A stretch of 64,000 nucleotides of DNA from positions 1,312,001 to 1,376,000 of the forward strand of contig OY970343.1 in NCBI GenBank assembly GCA_963717525.1, given 5' to 3'. Shown here piece after piece: positions 31,598 to 41,268 of this stretch. A program made the position numbers and the translations under genes. Each line of letters opens with the position of its first letter. Positions within the stretch are counted from its first letter, which is position 1. The notes beneath the pieces were generated by a model. It saw nothing but the letters and a program-made list of their open reading frames with translations, did not search any database and was not told the origin of the DNA. Source of the stretch: an uncultured Methanoregulaceae archaeon (GTDB lineage Archaea > Halobacteriota > Methanomicrobia > Methanomicrobiales > Methanospirillaceae).

Positions 31598-31856
31598 TCG
31601 AATCCTTTCCAGATACTTGTTCTCTTAAATCAAATTTTTGATATTATTATGGACCTTTTACAACCTCATTTTAAAAAATACGCGGTTGAGGGTAGGTTCT
31701 GCTATTGTAGTATGGAATAATAAATTTTTCGCACAAGTATTATTGAAAGATCACCACCCTGACAAAATCGTGTGCGAGAAACCCACCGTTTTTCCCTTGA
31801 AAAGGAATGGATATGCTTTTCAGATCCGGGATAAAAATGAAAACCCGGTTGCTATC

Positions 31857-33602
31857 TTATTTTTTCCCCAAGCCGTAATATTTCCGCAGGAATTCGCGGA
31901 TCTTTTCAGATTCAATGTATCCCTGGTCGAGTTTGCGGACAATCTCATTTATCATTGTCGCCAGCCGGATGAACTTTTCTTTATGGACATCCTCCATCAG
32001 ATCGGCGGTACCGATAATACCCTGGAGGGGATTTCGCAGCTGATCGTTGAGGATTGCGAACTGTTGCATGTTCTTCTCGATCTGCTGGAATGCCTCCATC
32101 TTCAGGCGCTCAACATCCTTGCGTTCGGTGATGTCGCGTGTGATGATAAGAACTGCTTTTTCGCCAAACTCATCAAAGGTCTGAGCAATGACCTCGACAG
32201 GGATCAGCGTTCCCTGCTTTGTGCGATAGCTCCCTTCAAACTGGACCTTCCCGTTTGATATAAGCTGCTGTGTTACGGAATCCTGATCCGTTTCATCTTC
32301 TGCCGCCAGCAAATCAACCAGCTTCATTGCGGCCAGCTCGGGACGGGAGTACCCGAGTATTTCAACAGCTGCATTATTCGCCTCAATCAACTCACCAAAC
32401 CCTTCCTGGTTACTGAACCGCCAGACAACAACGGGATCAGCGATGCTGTTAAAAAAGAGATGATAACTTTTTTCTCTCTGGTCCAAGCGGCTTTTGAGAT
32501 ACTGTTGGGACACTTCAAGTTCGCCCAGCATGGAGTTGACATCGGTGGCCAGTTGCGCCACTTCATCGGTTCCGGACACCGAAACACGTGCCGAGAAGTC
32601 CCGGGCTGCACCGATGGAGTTCACGCGTTTGCTCACGTACAGGAGCCGGGATATGACGGTTTCATCGAGCAGGAGCAGGATGATCACTCCAAGGGAGATC
32701 CCTAAAATGACCAGGAATGCAAAGAAGTAGATAGTGGTCGATTTTCCTTCGGCATAGATGTCCCGGGGTATGGTCAGCCGCATGATAAGCAGCGGCGACC
32801 CGTTTATATCCCGTATGAGTGCATAGGTCCCAATATTTTCACTATCCAGGACTGCGACATACACCGGGGCGTTGACGGTGATGGCATCATTCTCCTGAAG
32901 CTGGACAAAAGGTTCCGTTCCGTTCTGGAATGAGGCCATGGCCGACTTATAGTCCGCGGGAAGGGCAGGGTCGTTATAGCGGCGTATATCAAGTGGCAGC
33001 TGGACCAGGTTTCCGAGCCGCTGGATCTCGGTTGCATCCAGATACCTTGCCATGAGTATATAGCCGATTGGCGGGGTTGATGTGTCTGGACCGTACACCG
33101 GTTGAACTGCAAGGAGAAGGGGATCCTGGGGATCTCCCATAATACCGATGAAACCGTTTCCCTGCGACTGCATGGTTGAAATAACAGCCGGGGCCAGGGG
33201 TAGGGTTGTGAGGGATGCAAGGACCGGTGTCTCCTGCTGTTTTTCTATGTCGTACCCTGTGCCGGCGATTAATTCACCGGAAGCGTTATAAAAAAGGATA
33301 TAGTTGAACCTGAGGTGATCAAGGGTTCGGTTATCGAGTTCCGAGAGAAGGCCGGGTTTATCCGTATGCGCGATAGATTCCTCGACAGAACCCCGCGATG
33401 ACCAATCCTCTGCAACAGCATCGAGCTGGTTGATATCTGATGCCAGTATCGAGAGGGCACGGTTCGTATCTTTCTGGGCGCTCTGGACCTCAACAGTATG
33501 AAATGCGTCCATGACGATAGTTTCCGATGCGATCAAAAAGACCAGTAAAAGAGCGATAAGCATTGCAGACAGGATGAGGATGGTCTTTACCCGGATCTTC
33601 AC
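31857..33602 (-). CDS. CHASE4-HAMP-PAS sensor with HisKA-like tail, no HATPase
   Basis: TM-CHASE4 (DWS)-TM, HAMP (DEVAQL), PAS, ILNDQLRNPL. Confidence 0.85.
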   Translation of the reverse strand: MKIRVKTILILSAMLIALLLVFLIASETIVMDAFHTVEVQSAQKDTNRALSILASDINQLDAVAEDWSSRGSVEESIAHTDKPGLLSELDNRTLDHLRFNYILFYNASGELIAGTGYDIEKQQETPVLASLTTLPLAPAVISTMQSQGNGFIGIMGDPQDPLLLAVQPVYGPDTSTPPIGYILMARYLDATEIQRLGNLVQLPLDIRRYNDPALPADYKSAMASFQNGTEPFVQLQENDAITVNAPVYVAVLDSENIGTYALIRDINGSPLLIMRLTIPRDIYAEGKSTTIYFFAFLVILGISLGVIILLLLDETVISRLLYVSKRVNSIGAARDFSARVSVSGTDEVAQLATDVNSMLGELEVSQQYLKSRLDQREKSYHLFFNSIADPVVVWRFSNQEGFGELIEANNAAVEILGYSRPELAAMKLVDLLAAEDETDQDSVTQQLISNGKVQFEGSYRTKQGTLIPVEVIAQTFDEFGEKAVLIITRDITERKDVERLKMEAFQQIEKNMQQFAILNDQLRNPLQGIIGTADLMEDVHKEKFIRLATMINEIVRKLDQGYIESEKIREFLRKYYGLGKK

Positions 33603-33913
33603 AACGTATCCGCCGCCGCGCTGTACTGCTTAGTTCTGGTTATTGAATCCCCGGGAGTTATTACACTATCGCCAGTACATTTCCCTGGTTTTATCCGTAT
33701 CACCGGCCGATTTTTCCTGGCGGCCCGGAGACCAGAAAATCCGCTGAAATTCCGGATTTACCGGGATCCTGATGCGGAGAGACCTCGCCTATTTTTTCAC
33801 CGGTTTTTTGCCGGGTGAACCCGGCCGGTTCATCTCTGCTTTGTCAGATCCGAAAATCCCGCGTTATTTATGCATCTCTTTATCGTGTCGCCCGCCAATG
33901 TGACACTATCCTT

Positions 33914-34063
33914 ATGCAGAGCACTGAAAAAAAGATAAAATTGATCCGTGACAAGCTGAGCAGGATCGGGATCGGAGAGAAAAATCTTGACGATGAAACC
34001 ATACTCACTTCTTACAGCATCAACTCGTGCGGGAACCTGTGTTCGGTTCAAAAAAGCCATTAA
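33914..34063 (+). CDS. Small hypothetical protein (49 aa)
   Basis: ATG-initiated ORF in the intergenic gap. Confidence 0.45.
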   Translation: MQSTEKKIKLIRDKLSRIGIGEKNLDDETILTSYSINSCGNLCSVQKSH

Positions 34064-34102
34064 TCCTCTTTTCCCATAACCGGAAATATCCGGAAATTGT
34101 CT

Positions 34103-34672
34103 TCATATCACGTACGGGATCAGCGCTTTGACTTCCCGCTTGTATTTTGCGTATTCCTCACCGAACTCCTCCTCGAGGAACTTTTCTTCTATCCGGAACT
34201 TTATCACGAACAGGACGAGGATGAGGAGTACACAACAGAAGACAATAAAATACCCGATACCAATCGCAGTGCCGAGAAGCCCGAGGAGGATCCCTGAATA
34301 GATCGGGTGGCGCACGAACCGGTACGGCCCGGTCCGGGTGATCGTGTGATCCTCCCGGATGGTGGGCATCCCGCTCCAGTTTTTTCCCAGGTGGACCCGG
34401 GCCCAGACCGCAAACGCGAGGCCGGCGAGGGTGAGGAGGAGACCGGCAAGGGTAAACCCGATCCCATCAGGTATGATCCGCTCCGACAGGAGGTCGGGCG
34501 AGAGCCAGTTAAGCAGGAAAACCCAGAGAGCGACCCAGATGATCCCGTACATGAAAAACGAGAGCCGGGACTGCTTCCGTTTCACCGGCGAACGAGTCTT
34601 CCACGCGGAGATGAGCCAGAATACATAGAACCCCGCCCAGATGATAATGAAAAGTAATTCCGCAATCTGCAT
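34103..34672 (-). CDS. Isoprenylcysteine carboxyl methyltransferase family protein
   Basis: LGKNWS, TGPYRFVRHPIYSG, EEKFL. Confidence 0.92.
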   Translation of the reverse strand: MQIAELLFIIIWAGFYVFWLISAWKTRSPVKRKQSRLSFFMYGIIWVALWVFLLNWLSPDLLSERIIPDGIGFTLAGLLLTLAGLAFAVWARVHLGKNWSGMPTIREDHTITRTGPYRFVRHPIYSGILLGLLGTAIGIGYFIVFCCVLLILVLFVIKFRIEEKFLEEEFGEEYAKYKREVKALIPYVI

Positions 34673-34814
34673 AGTATCTTCCTTTCGTCCGCAGGGAAAC
34701 GCCGGCACGAAAAGGATCGTTGAGCGATCCTTTCCGGTTCCCTGCCGGGTACGAGTGCCTCACCGGAGTTGCAACCGGAAAGTAATGAAGGTATGCATAC
34801 CCGGGAGGGCCGAT

Positions 34815-35197
34815 ATGCCTGAAGAGGGAGGAAAACGCCCCAAAACCCCCGCATCCCGCCCTCCGGATACCCCTGTTTCACTTGCATGAATCCGATAGAG
34901 GCAGATCCGAGATGTTTTCCCGGAAAAACGGATCGTTTTTTGCCTGGAACAGACCCCCTTTATTTTCGGGCCATAGACGCATTTCCAGCCCTCCCGGCGC
35001 TCTGCATGGCCAGTTGATCATTCCCTTTTTCGCGATGAAAGGAACGCTGCTAAATTGCACGGTTTTTTTCCGATTAAAACGGCCTGTTTTCAAAAATACC
35101 GATTTATAGGAAGAATTTTGTCGGGCGTTGGCACTATTTCCACTGGAACGTTCCGGACCCGGATCCGGCCCGGAAACTCTCCGTCGTAGAAAGGATC
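34815..35197. repeat. ~380-bp non-coding element, copy 1, containing an ORB-like box
   Basis: Aligns with 56037-56411; 38-bp identical block at 35112-35149. Confidence 0.85.
35136..35149 (-). promoter_or_regulatory. ORB-like motif GTTCCAGTGGAAAT
   Basis: Matches the euryarchaeal origin recognition box core TTCCAGTGGAAA; no G-string. Confidence 0.55.
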
Positions 35198-35224
35198 ATG
35201 GGGGACTAGAGGTCCGGACACCGA

Positions 35225-35245
35225 CCCCCCCTTTATAAGGGGGGG
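35225..35245. other. C7-TTTATAA-G7 hairpin
   Basis: Perfect stem between the Hjc-like gene and the ORB element. Confidence 0.6.
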
Positions 35246-35274
35246 CTCTGCCCGAAGAGGGAGGAGACCGCACC

Positions 35275-35649
35275 CTACCGGGCGTGCGGGTTCGTGTAAT
35301 TATCCGGCCCCCACCATTCGAGCTCACCCACGGAGAGCTCATGGACCCGGAGCCTTCTCCAGGCCCGCTCGTGCTGGGTGCGGAGCCAGATCTCCCGCGG
35401 GATCCACTGAGGGAACGGCAGTGTGCGGACATCACGGAGATCGTCCGGCAGGAGGGCTTCGTAGATCGTATCCGGGTTGATCCGGTACCGGGTCTGCCGG
35501 ACCCTCACGATACAGGCCGCTTCGGGTTTGAAGATGAAGAGGTCGTACGCGAGATCCGGATCGCTGTTCTCCTGCCACCGGTATCCCATCTGCTCTGCGA
35601 ATTTTTGTGCTTCGGCGATTGCAGCGACCGGCCTTCTCCCACGGGTCAT
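35275..35649 (-). CDS. Hypothetical protein, Hjc/PD-(D/E)xK-like fold with degenerate active site
   Basis: EA...GY...YDLFIF...IVRVRQT pattern resembles Hjc E...GF...PDI...IEVKS. Confidence 0.55.
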   Translation of the reverse strand: MTRGRRPVAAIAEAQKFAEQMGYRWQENSDPDLAYDLFIFKPEAACIVRVRQTRYRINPDTIYEALLPDDLRDVRTLPFPQWIPREIWLRTQHERAWRRLRVHELSVGELEWWGPDNYTNPHAR

Positions 35650-35852
35650 CCCCGTACTGTGGGAGCCGGGGAGTTGAAGGGTTTGTGGTTGGAGAGAGAT
35701 AATGCGAGGGAGTGAGAATATATAACCACATATTATCCATAACCGGGTACTGATGTGTTGACTGTCCACTTGTCACTGCATCACGTCCACGAACATTTCC
35801 AAAAACCAACCACCAGCGTATCAGAACCAGGTACATATACGAGGCAATCACC

Positions 35853-36950
35853 ATGCTGCGGGGCCCCCGGGCTATCTTCAAACGGGACTTTAAGAAATTC
35901 TTAAGCACCCCGGTCCTCATCATATCATCGCTCTTAATCCCCGTTATGTACCTGGTCCTCTTCGGGAGCGCGATAGGAGGGGCCCTCACCCACGTACCGG
36001 TCGGTGTTGTACAGGAAGCACCGCCCTATAATGACACGCCGCTCTTTACGAGCGCCGCATACCAGCTCAACCATATCAGCCAGGGGAGCAACAACGATGC
36101 GGAGAAACTGCTGGATGTCACGGTTTACACGGACGAGGCGGTGGCCAAACAGGACCTGAACAACGGAAAAATCTCAGCGGTAATCGTATTCCCGTCTTCG
36201 GTTTCAAACGATAATGCTGTCCGGGTCTATGTCGACAGCTCGGATTCTGTCACGCCCCCGGTCATCGTTGCAGCGGTGAACTCGATCCTGCAGAGCCTCG
36301 GAGCGCACAACCCGGTCACGGTCGACGATATCTACGGGGACATCACGTACATCCAGTTCTTCGGCGTGGGCGTGATCGTGATGGCCATCTTTTCCTCAAC
36401 CTCGTTTGGCGGCGGGATCGCGCTCATCAAGGACCGGGAGAACGGCATCCACGAAGGCTACCTCGTGACGCCGGTCAAACGATCCAGTATCGTGCTTGGG
36501 ATCATCTCAAGCGGTACCGTCCGTGCATGTATCGCGGGTTTTGTGATCTTCTGGATCGACCTGCTGGCCACCGGGATCACGCTCCAGAGCTTCCAGGACT
36601 TTCTGCTTGTCCTCCTCGTGATCTTTGTGATCAGCGTCGGGGTGACGAGCTTTGTCGTCTCCTTTGCGACCCGGTTTTCCTCGCAGCAGGAGTATGGCCC
36701 GGTGATCGCGTTCTTCAACATCACCCTCTTCATGACCTCAGGGGCATTCTACCCGGTGATCGCCATGCCGGGCTGGCTGCGCTGGATCACCGTCATCAAC
36801 CCGGAGTATTACGGCATCTCGGCACTCAGGAGCATCGTCCTGAAGAACCAGGGGTTGAACGTCATATGGATGGACCTCGTTGCCCTCATAATCTTCTCAT
36901 CCCTGATGATCATTATCGGGGTCGTGACGTTCAAGAGAACGCTGGAGTAA
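35853..36950 (+). CDS. ABC-2 type permease
   Basis: DRENG...LVTPVKR, SGAFYP, INPEYYG. Confidence 0.9.
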   Translation: MLRGPRAIFKRDFKKFLSTPVLIISSLLIPVMYLVLFGSAIGGALTHVPVGVVQEAPPYNDTPLFTSAAYQLNHISQGSNNDAEKLLDVTVYTDEAVAKQDLNNGKISAVIVFPSSVSNDNAVRVYVDSSDSVTPPVIVAAVNSILQSLGAHNPVTVDDIYGDITYIQFFGVGVIVMAIFSSTSFGGGIALIKDRENGIHEGYLVTPVKRSSIVLGIISSGTVRACIAGFVIFWIDLLATGITLQSFQDFLLVLLVIFVISVGVTSFVVSFATRFSSQQEYGPVIAFFNITLFMTSGAFYPVIAMPGWLRWITVINPEYYGISALRSIVLKNQGLNVIWMDLVALIIFSSLMIIIGVVTFKRTLE

Positions 36951-36969
36951 AAAGGGGTACTTCACAAAA

Positions 36970-37016
36970 GAGCGAGGAGTGTCGCCGCCCCCGACGGGGC
37001 GCCCCCGCGGCGGATC
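36970..37016 (+). repeat. REP-like hairpin, module A (single)
   Basis: GAGCGAGGAGTG..GCCGCCCCCGACGGGGCGCCCCCGCGGCGGATC; matches the copies at 40739-40783, 43066-43110 and 57913-57957. Confidence 0.85.
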
Positions 37017-37172
37017 TTGGGAATGTGTATCGGATCTTTACTTGACTCACACGAATCCCTGAGTTAGATGTCAATATACTGAATACGTTGAAAATGTGAT
37101 GACCTATCCTCCCGGTCAACGAACTATTCCGGATGTGCTTTCGCAAAGAAAAACACGAAAATCAAATTATTA

Positions 37173-38222
37173 TTAATCATTTTGATAAATTAATTGATGA
37201 ACTGAATCTTTCATAATTTCTGTAAGTGAATTATCTTCATGTAAAACAACAAAATATCCTTTCGAGGAATCAGTAATAATAAACACATTTTTAATTGGTA
37301 TATGATTTCCAGAGGAGTCGAGATCTTTTAATTCAATTGTCATTTTTCTTGTAGGAATAAGACTTAATTGCCTTAACCAAAAAAAGACAGTCAAAATGCA
37401 AAATTCTACAAGTATCAGCATAAAAATATTACAATCAGAGATATATGAATAAAATGCCATAATCAATGTTAATGCCAAAAATAAATCTGGTATAAAAGAT
37501 CCCGATCCTGATTTAGGTAATCTTCTGAAAGAATCAATAAAATCATAGTTAAAAATTTTGTTATCTGGCGCACCAGTGTCAAAACTTATACCATTATTGT
37601 AAAAGTGTTGTCTTAATATAATTGGAATTTCGACTGACATCATGACAGTAATGAATCCAAACACAAAAAGGAATACATCTCCATTCACTGTTTTATTCGT
37701 GATAGAATCCAAATATAATATTAATAAACCTCCTCCTATTACAATCGCAACAGGAGACCAAAAAATCGCAGCATATTTTTCTTGAATCGCCGTGCGTTCT
37801 GCAAAATATTTGGTATTACTAAAAACATAAAAAAAATATAAATAAATGATAACAATCGAGATAACACCAATCAATCCTGAAAAATTTTCAAAAGATATAC
37901 TTGCTCCATTTAATACTGCAGAGGAAAAAATGAAATCTTTTAAATTTAAAAGAGATGTTGAATTGTAAATTGGTTTAAATAACGCCAATTTTTCATTTAT
38001 AGCAATAATTATTGAAATGAAAACGACAAAAAACTCAATAAAAATAAATATTGACAGATATTTTGACCAAGTTTTTATTTTCTGTGCAGGAGTAAAACTT
38101 TTCCATTTTTGATATATCCACAAAATCATACCTAATATTATGGATAAAATTAAAAGAGATTCCAATAAAAAAATATTAAATTGATATAGGTCAATAACTG
38201 TTTGCATTAGATTATATATCAT
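37173..38222 (-). CDS. Very AT-rich multi-TM hypothetical protein
   Basis: 349-aa ORF with many hydrophobic helices; composition unlike its flanks. Confidence 0.75.
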   Translation of the reverse strand: MIYNLMQTVIDLYQFNIFLLESLLILSIILGMILWIYQKWKSFTPAQKIKTWSKYLSIFIFIEFFVVFISIIIAINEKLALFKPIYNSTSLLNLKDFIFSSAVLNGASISFENFSGLIGVISIVIIYLYFFYVFSNTKYFAERTAIQEKYAAIFWSPVAIVIGGGLLILYLDSITNKTVNGDVFLFVFGFITVMMSVEIPIILRQHFYNNGISFDTGAPDNKIFNYDFIDSFRRLPKSGSGSFIPDLFLALTLIMAFYSYISDCNIFMLILVEFCILTVFFWLRQLSLIPTRKMTIELKDLDSSGNHIPIKNVFIITDSSKGYFVVLHEDNSLTEIMKDSVHQLIYQND

Positions 38223-38460
38223 AAATTAAAGATCCATCTTTCATTTTATTAAAAGTTATAATTATTTGTTTGCCATTGAAATTGGCAATGATTGCGTCAC
38301 TGATTTATGGGACGCCTCGATTGGACCTTGAATTAAATAATCAAAATTAGCAATTTGTGTTTAAAATGAAAAAAGTTAGGCCTTGAACATCAATGGAAAA
38401 TATACCATCCCGGCTTTTTTGCCTATTACCTAAATTTACTTAAAAAAGTATAATGACGGT

Positions 38461-39642
38461 TTAGAAATCAGTCATAACCCGGAACTGGTCGATCTCTTCC
38501 CGGTTGAGCTGGTCAAGGAACTCATCGGTTGCATGCTCAATGTCCTTGCTCGCCGTAATACCGCGGCCGACCACGAGGATATCCGCACCGGCCTTGAGGG
38601 CGTCTTTTACGACCTCGACCCGGATGCCGCCGGCGGTTGCAACGAGGAGCTTGCCGCCCGCCGCTTTCTTCATCGCAGCGATATCGCCCCACGCATGGGC
38701 GGTCTCCTCGGTGTCGATGGCGCGGTGGAGCTCGACGACGTCAGGCTTCACTTTGAGCTTCTCGATGAGCTTTGCCGGGTTCTGCACGTTGAGCATATCG
38801 ATGATCGAGTAGATGCCCACCTTGCGGGCTTCGGCAATCGCCTTCTCGATGGTGGAGGTCGGGGCAAGGCCGGAGACGACGACCGCATCGGCGGTGGCGT
38901 CGGCTGCCATTCGGGCTTCGAGGTTGCCGGTGTCGAGGATCTTGAGATCCGCGATAATAAACGCGTTCGGGCGCAGTTTCCTGATCTCGCCGATGACGCC
39001 GAGGCCGAACTTCTTGATCAGCGGTGTTCCCGCCTCGATGATCACGTGGTCGTTCTGCGGCACTTCCTGTAAGACCTGGGCGACCTTGCCCATGTCCACG
39101 AGGTCCATGGCCACCTGCAGGTACGGCGGGTCCCAGAGGCGCTGCACCTTGAATCCCATGATACCGTGCGCAGCCCGGTCCTTCTCGTATACGAGCGTCT
39201 TCGTGTCCGGGAACTTGTCGAGCGCCCGGCGGATGGCAAGCTTCGTCGCGCCGTAGTTATACCGGTAGATCCGGTTGTAGTCCCGTGCATCCGGGTGGAC
39301 AAACGCGGATGCAAGGATGACAATATCCTCGATATCGAGGTCCGTAAATACGCCCTCTTCGAGGCTGTCCGCAACCGCCTTTGCGACCGCTGCCTGGACG
39401 GGCCCGAACATCTCGTTCACCTGCTCCATGCCCTTCAATGTCACCTTCGGGATGACGACCGTCGCGGGCTTCGTGAGCAGGTTCGGGCGGACGACCGCGA
39501 GGAGCGGGGTGTGTCCCACCGATAACTGGGATACCGCGTTTGCAAACGCGCTCCCGACCGGGCCTTCCTTGTTTCCCAGCAGCAGGTCGATGTGCGCGAG
39601 TTCCGCGCCCTCGCCGATGAGTGCTTCTCCGACAAGATACAT
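38461..39642 (-). CDS. fae-hps: Bifunctional formaldehyde-activating enzyme/3-hexulose-6-phosphate synthase
   Basis: GEALIG..AHID, GPVQAAVAKAV, YNYGATK; EAGTPLIK, DLKILDTG. Confidence 0.96.
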   Translation of the reverse strand: MYLVGEALIGEGAELAHIDLLLGNKEGPVGSAFANAVSQLSVGHTPLLAVVRPNLLTKPATVVIPKVTLKGMEQVNEMFGPVQAAVAKAVADSLEEGVFTDLDIEDIVILASAFVHPDARDYNRIYRYNYGATKLAIRRALDKFPDTKTLVYEKDRAAHGIMGFKVQRLWDPPYLQVAMDLVDMGKVAQVLQEVPQNDHVIIEAGTPLIKKFGLGVIGEIRKLRPNAFIIADLKILDTGNLEARMAADATADAVVVSGLAPTSTIEKAIAEARKVGIYSIIDMLNVQNPAKLIEKLKVKPDVVELHRAIDTEETAHAWGDIAAMKKAAGGKLLVATAGGIRVEVVKDALKAGADILVVGRGITASKDIEHATDEFLDQLNREEIDQFRVMTDF

Positions 39643-39721
39643 GTGAATCTTTTATCTCCGGTTACTTATGTGACCGTCAACCATGATAAGATTACGGGGG
39701 AATCCCCCGGAAGGACGCCGG

Positions 39722-40513
39722 TCACACCAGCAGCTGCCCGGAGAAGACCTGTACCGCGTGACCGCCGAGGATCACCCGGTCGCCGGCGAGCGTGACCTTC
39801 ACGGAACCCCCCCGGGCAGAGCACTGGAACCCGGCAACTTCGGTCTTTTTGAGTTTCTCCCCCCAGTATGGCCCGAGGCAGCAGTGGGCAGAGCCGGTCA
39901 CCGGGTCCTCCGGGACCCCCGCAGACGGGGCAAAGAACCGGGAGATAAAATCGACATCGGGGAGATCGGAGGCGGAAGTCACGATGATCCCCCGTGCGGG
40001 AAGGGCGGCAAGGGCAGCCATGTCGGGCTCGCAGTCGCAGACATCCGCGGCAGTGGGCAGCTCCACGAGCAGGTCGAACCGGTTCTTCCCGACAAAGAGG
40101 GGAGCAGCCCCCAGCGCCCGGTCAAGCCCGGGGATGGGCGGGACCGCATGCGCCGGCTCGGCGGGAAAATCAAGGTTGATCCATGCCCCATCCTGCCGGG
40201 CGGTGAGCGTCCCGGAGAGCGTCTCAAAGGAGATCGGCGATCCCGTTCCAGCCCGGCCGGTCTTCCAGAGCACGAACGCAGCGGCAAGTGTCGCGTGGCC
40301 GCAGAGCTCCACCTCCTGTGCCGGGGTAAACCACCGCAGGTCCCAGCCCTTTGCCCCGGGATGGAGAAACGCGGTCTCCGAATGTTTCAGTTCGGCCGCA
40401 ACCTGCTGCATCCACGCGGGATCGGCCGGTCCGTCAAGGATGCAGACAGCGGCAGGGTTCCCGCGAAACGGGAACCCGGTAAAGGCATCGACAACGTGCA
40501 GCTCACAGCTCAT
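39722..40513 (-). CDS. PhzF family isomerase
   Basis: VDAFT..GNPAAV, SETAF, LCGHATLA, EDPVTGSA. Confidence 0.93.
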   Translation of the reverse strand: MSCELHVVDAFTGFPFRGNPAAVCILDGPADPAWMQQVAAELKHSETAFLHPGAKGWDLRWFTPAQEVELCGHATLAAAFVLWKTGRAGTGSPISFETLSGTLTARQDGAWINLDFPAEPAHAVPPIPGLDRALGAAPLFVGKNRFDLLVELPTAADVCDCEPDMAALAALPARGIIVTSASDLPDVDFISRFFAPSAGVPEDPVTGSAHCCLGPYWGEKLKKTEVAGFQCSARGGSVKVTLAGDRVILGGHAVQVFSGQLLV

Positions 40514-40633
40514 GAAAGGGGATTGGTATACCGGCCGATAAAGTATCCGGGGGGGAAAATATGCAGGCGCTTTCCGATGAACGATCTTGAGTGGAATCGC
40601 ACGAGTGACAAGATAAGAAAAATCACTAAAAAT

Positions 40634-40783
40634 GCGATGTCCGCCCGCCTCAGGGCCCCTCATGGGGCACTGCGGGGCAAGGATATTTTTCCGCAACGAT
40701 ACTGGCAGCATTTTCGTTTCAAACTCATATTAGTCTCTGGCCCGCCGCGGGGGCGCCCCGTCGGGGGCGGCGGGAGCCATCGC
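40634..40783 (-). repeat. REPIN-like doublet (modules A and B)
   Basis: Ends GCGATG/CATCGC; two hairpins separated by an AT-rich spacer. Confidence 0.85.
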
Positions 40784-40876
40784 TCCGGTGAGAGAGATCG
40801 AGACCTGTTCAGAATACTTCACAGAACGGCCTTGCCGGCACGCTCCGCTCAAAAAAAGCAGACATATGAGAAAACG

Positions 40877-41045
40877 TGGGGTTGGTGAGATTTGAACTCA
40901 CGATCGACGGGTCTCTCCGACATGCATCAGTGCTCCAACGGGTCATCATCGAATCTCTCAGGAGACCCATTGTTCATCATCTGCGGGCACAAAGAACGCA
41001 AAGACCGCTGGAGCCCGTCGCCATTCCGGGCTTGGCCACAACCCC
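40877..41045 (-). tRNA. trnW: tRNA-Trp(CCA) with 95-nt intron (40913-41007)
   Basis: GGGGTTG/CAACCCC acceptor stem, CTCCAG anticodon loop, GTTCAAATC T-loop. Confidence 0.95.
40913..41007 (-). ncRNA. Intron-encoded box C/D guide RNA
   Basis: C and C' ATGATGA, D' and D CTGA; guides complementary to the pre-tRNA around positions 34 and 39. Confidence 0.9.
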
Positions 41046-41268
41046 GCCCTTCAGACAGCGCCCCATGGCACAGCTGACTATACAAGATCGTGCTGACGAA
41101 ATTTAATTGTTTTCCCTGAACGGATAAGGTTCTCCCACACCGGACACCGGTTACCGGGCAGCCCTGCGGGGCGTTCTCCTGCCGGTCCGGCCAGGTACCG
41201 TCCAACCGCACACAACCCTGCCCAACCCATCAGCAGCAATATATCCTGCCATTACTCCATATTTTACG

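Noticed and set aside
30814..31628. Cys-rich, TIREA and poly-Pro ORFs in other frames of the repeat
   Set aside because: By-products of a stop-free 15-bp repeat; only the Gly frame has a signal peptide and a downstream domain.
34878..35093. Small ORFs in the two 380-bp elements as a real protein family
   Set aside because: Peptide similarity follows from DNA homology; frames and stops differ between copies.
35112..35149. 38-bp identical block as a CRISPR repeat
   Set aside because: Only two copies, 21 kb apart, each embedded in longer homologous flanks.
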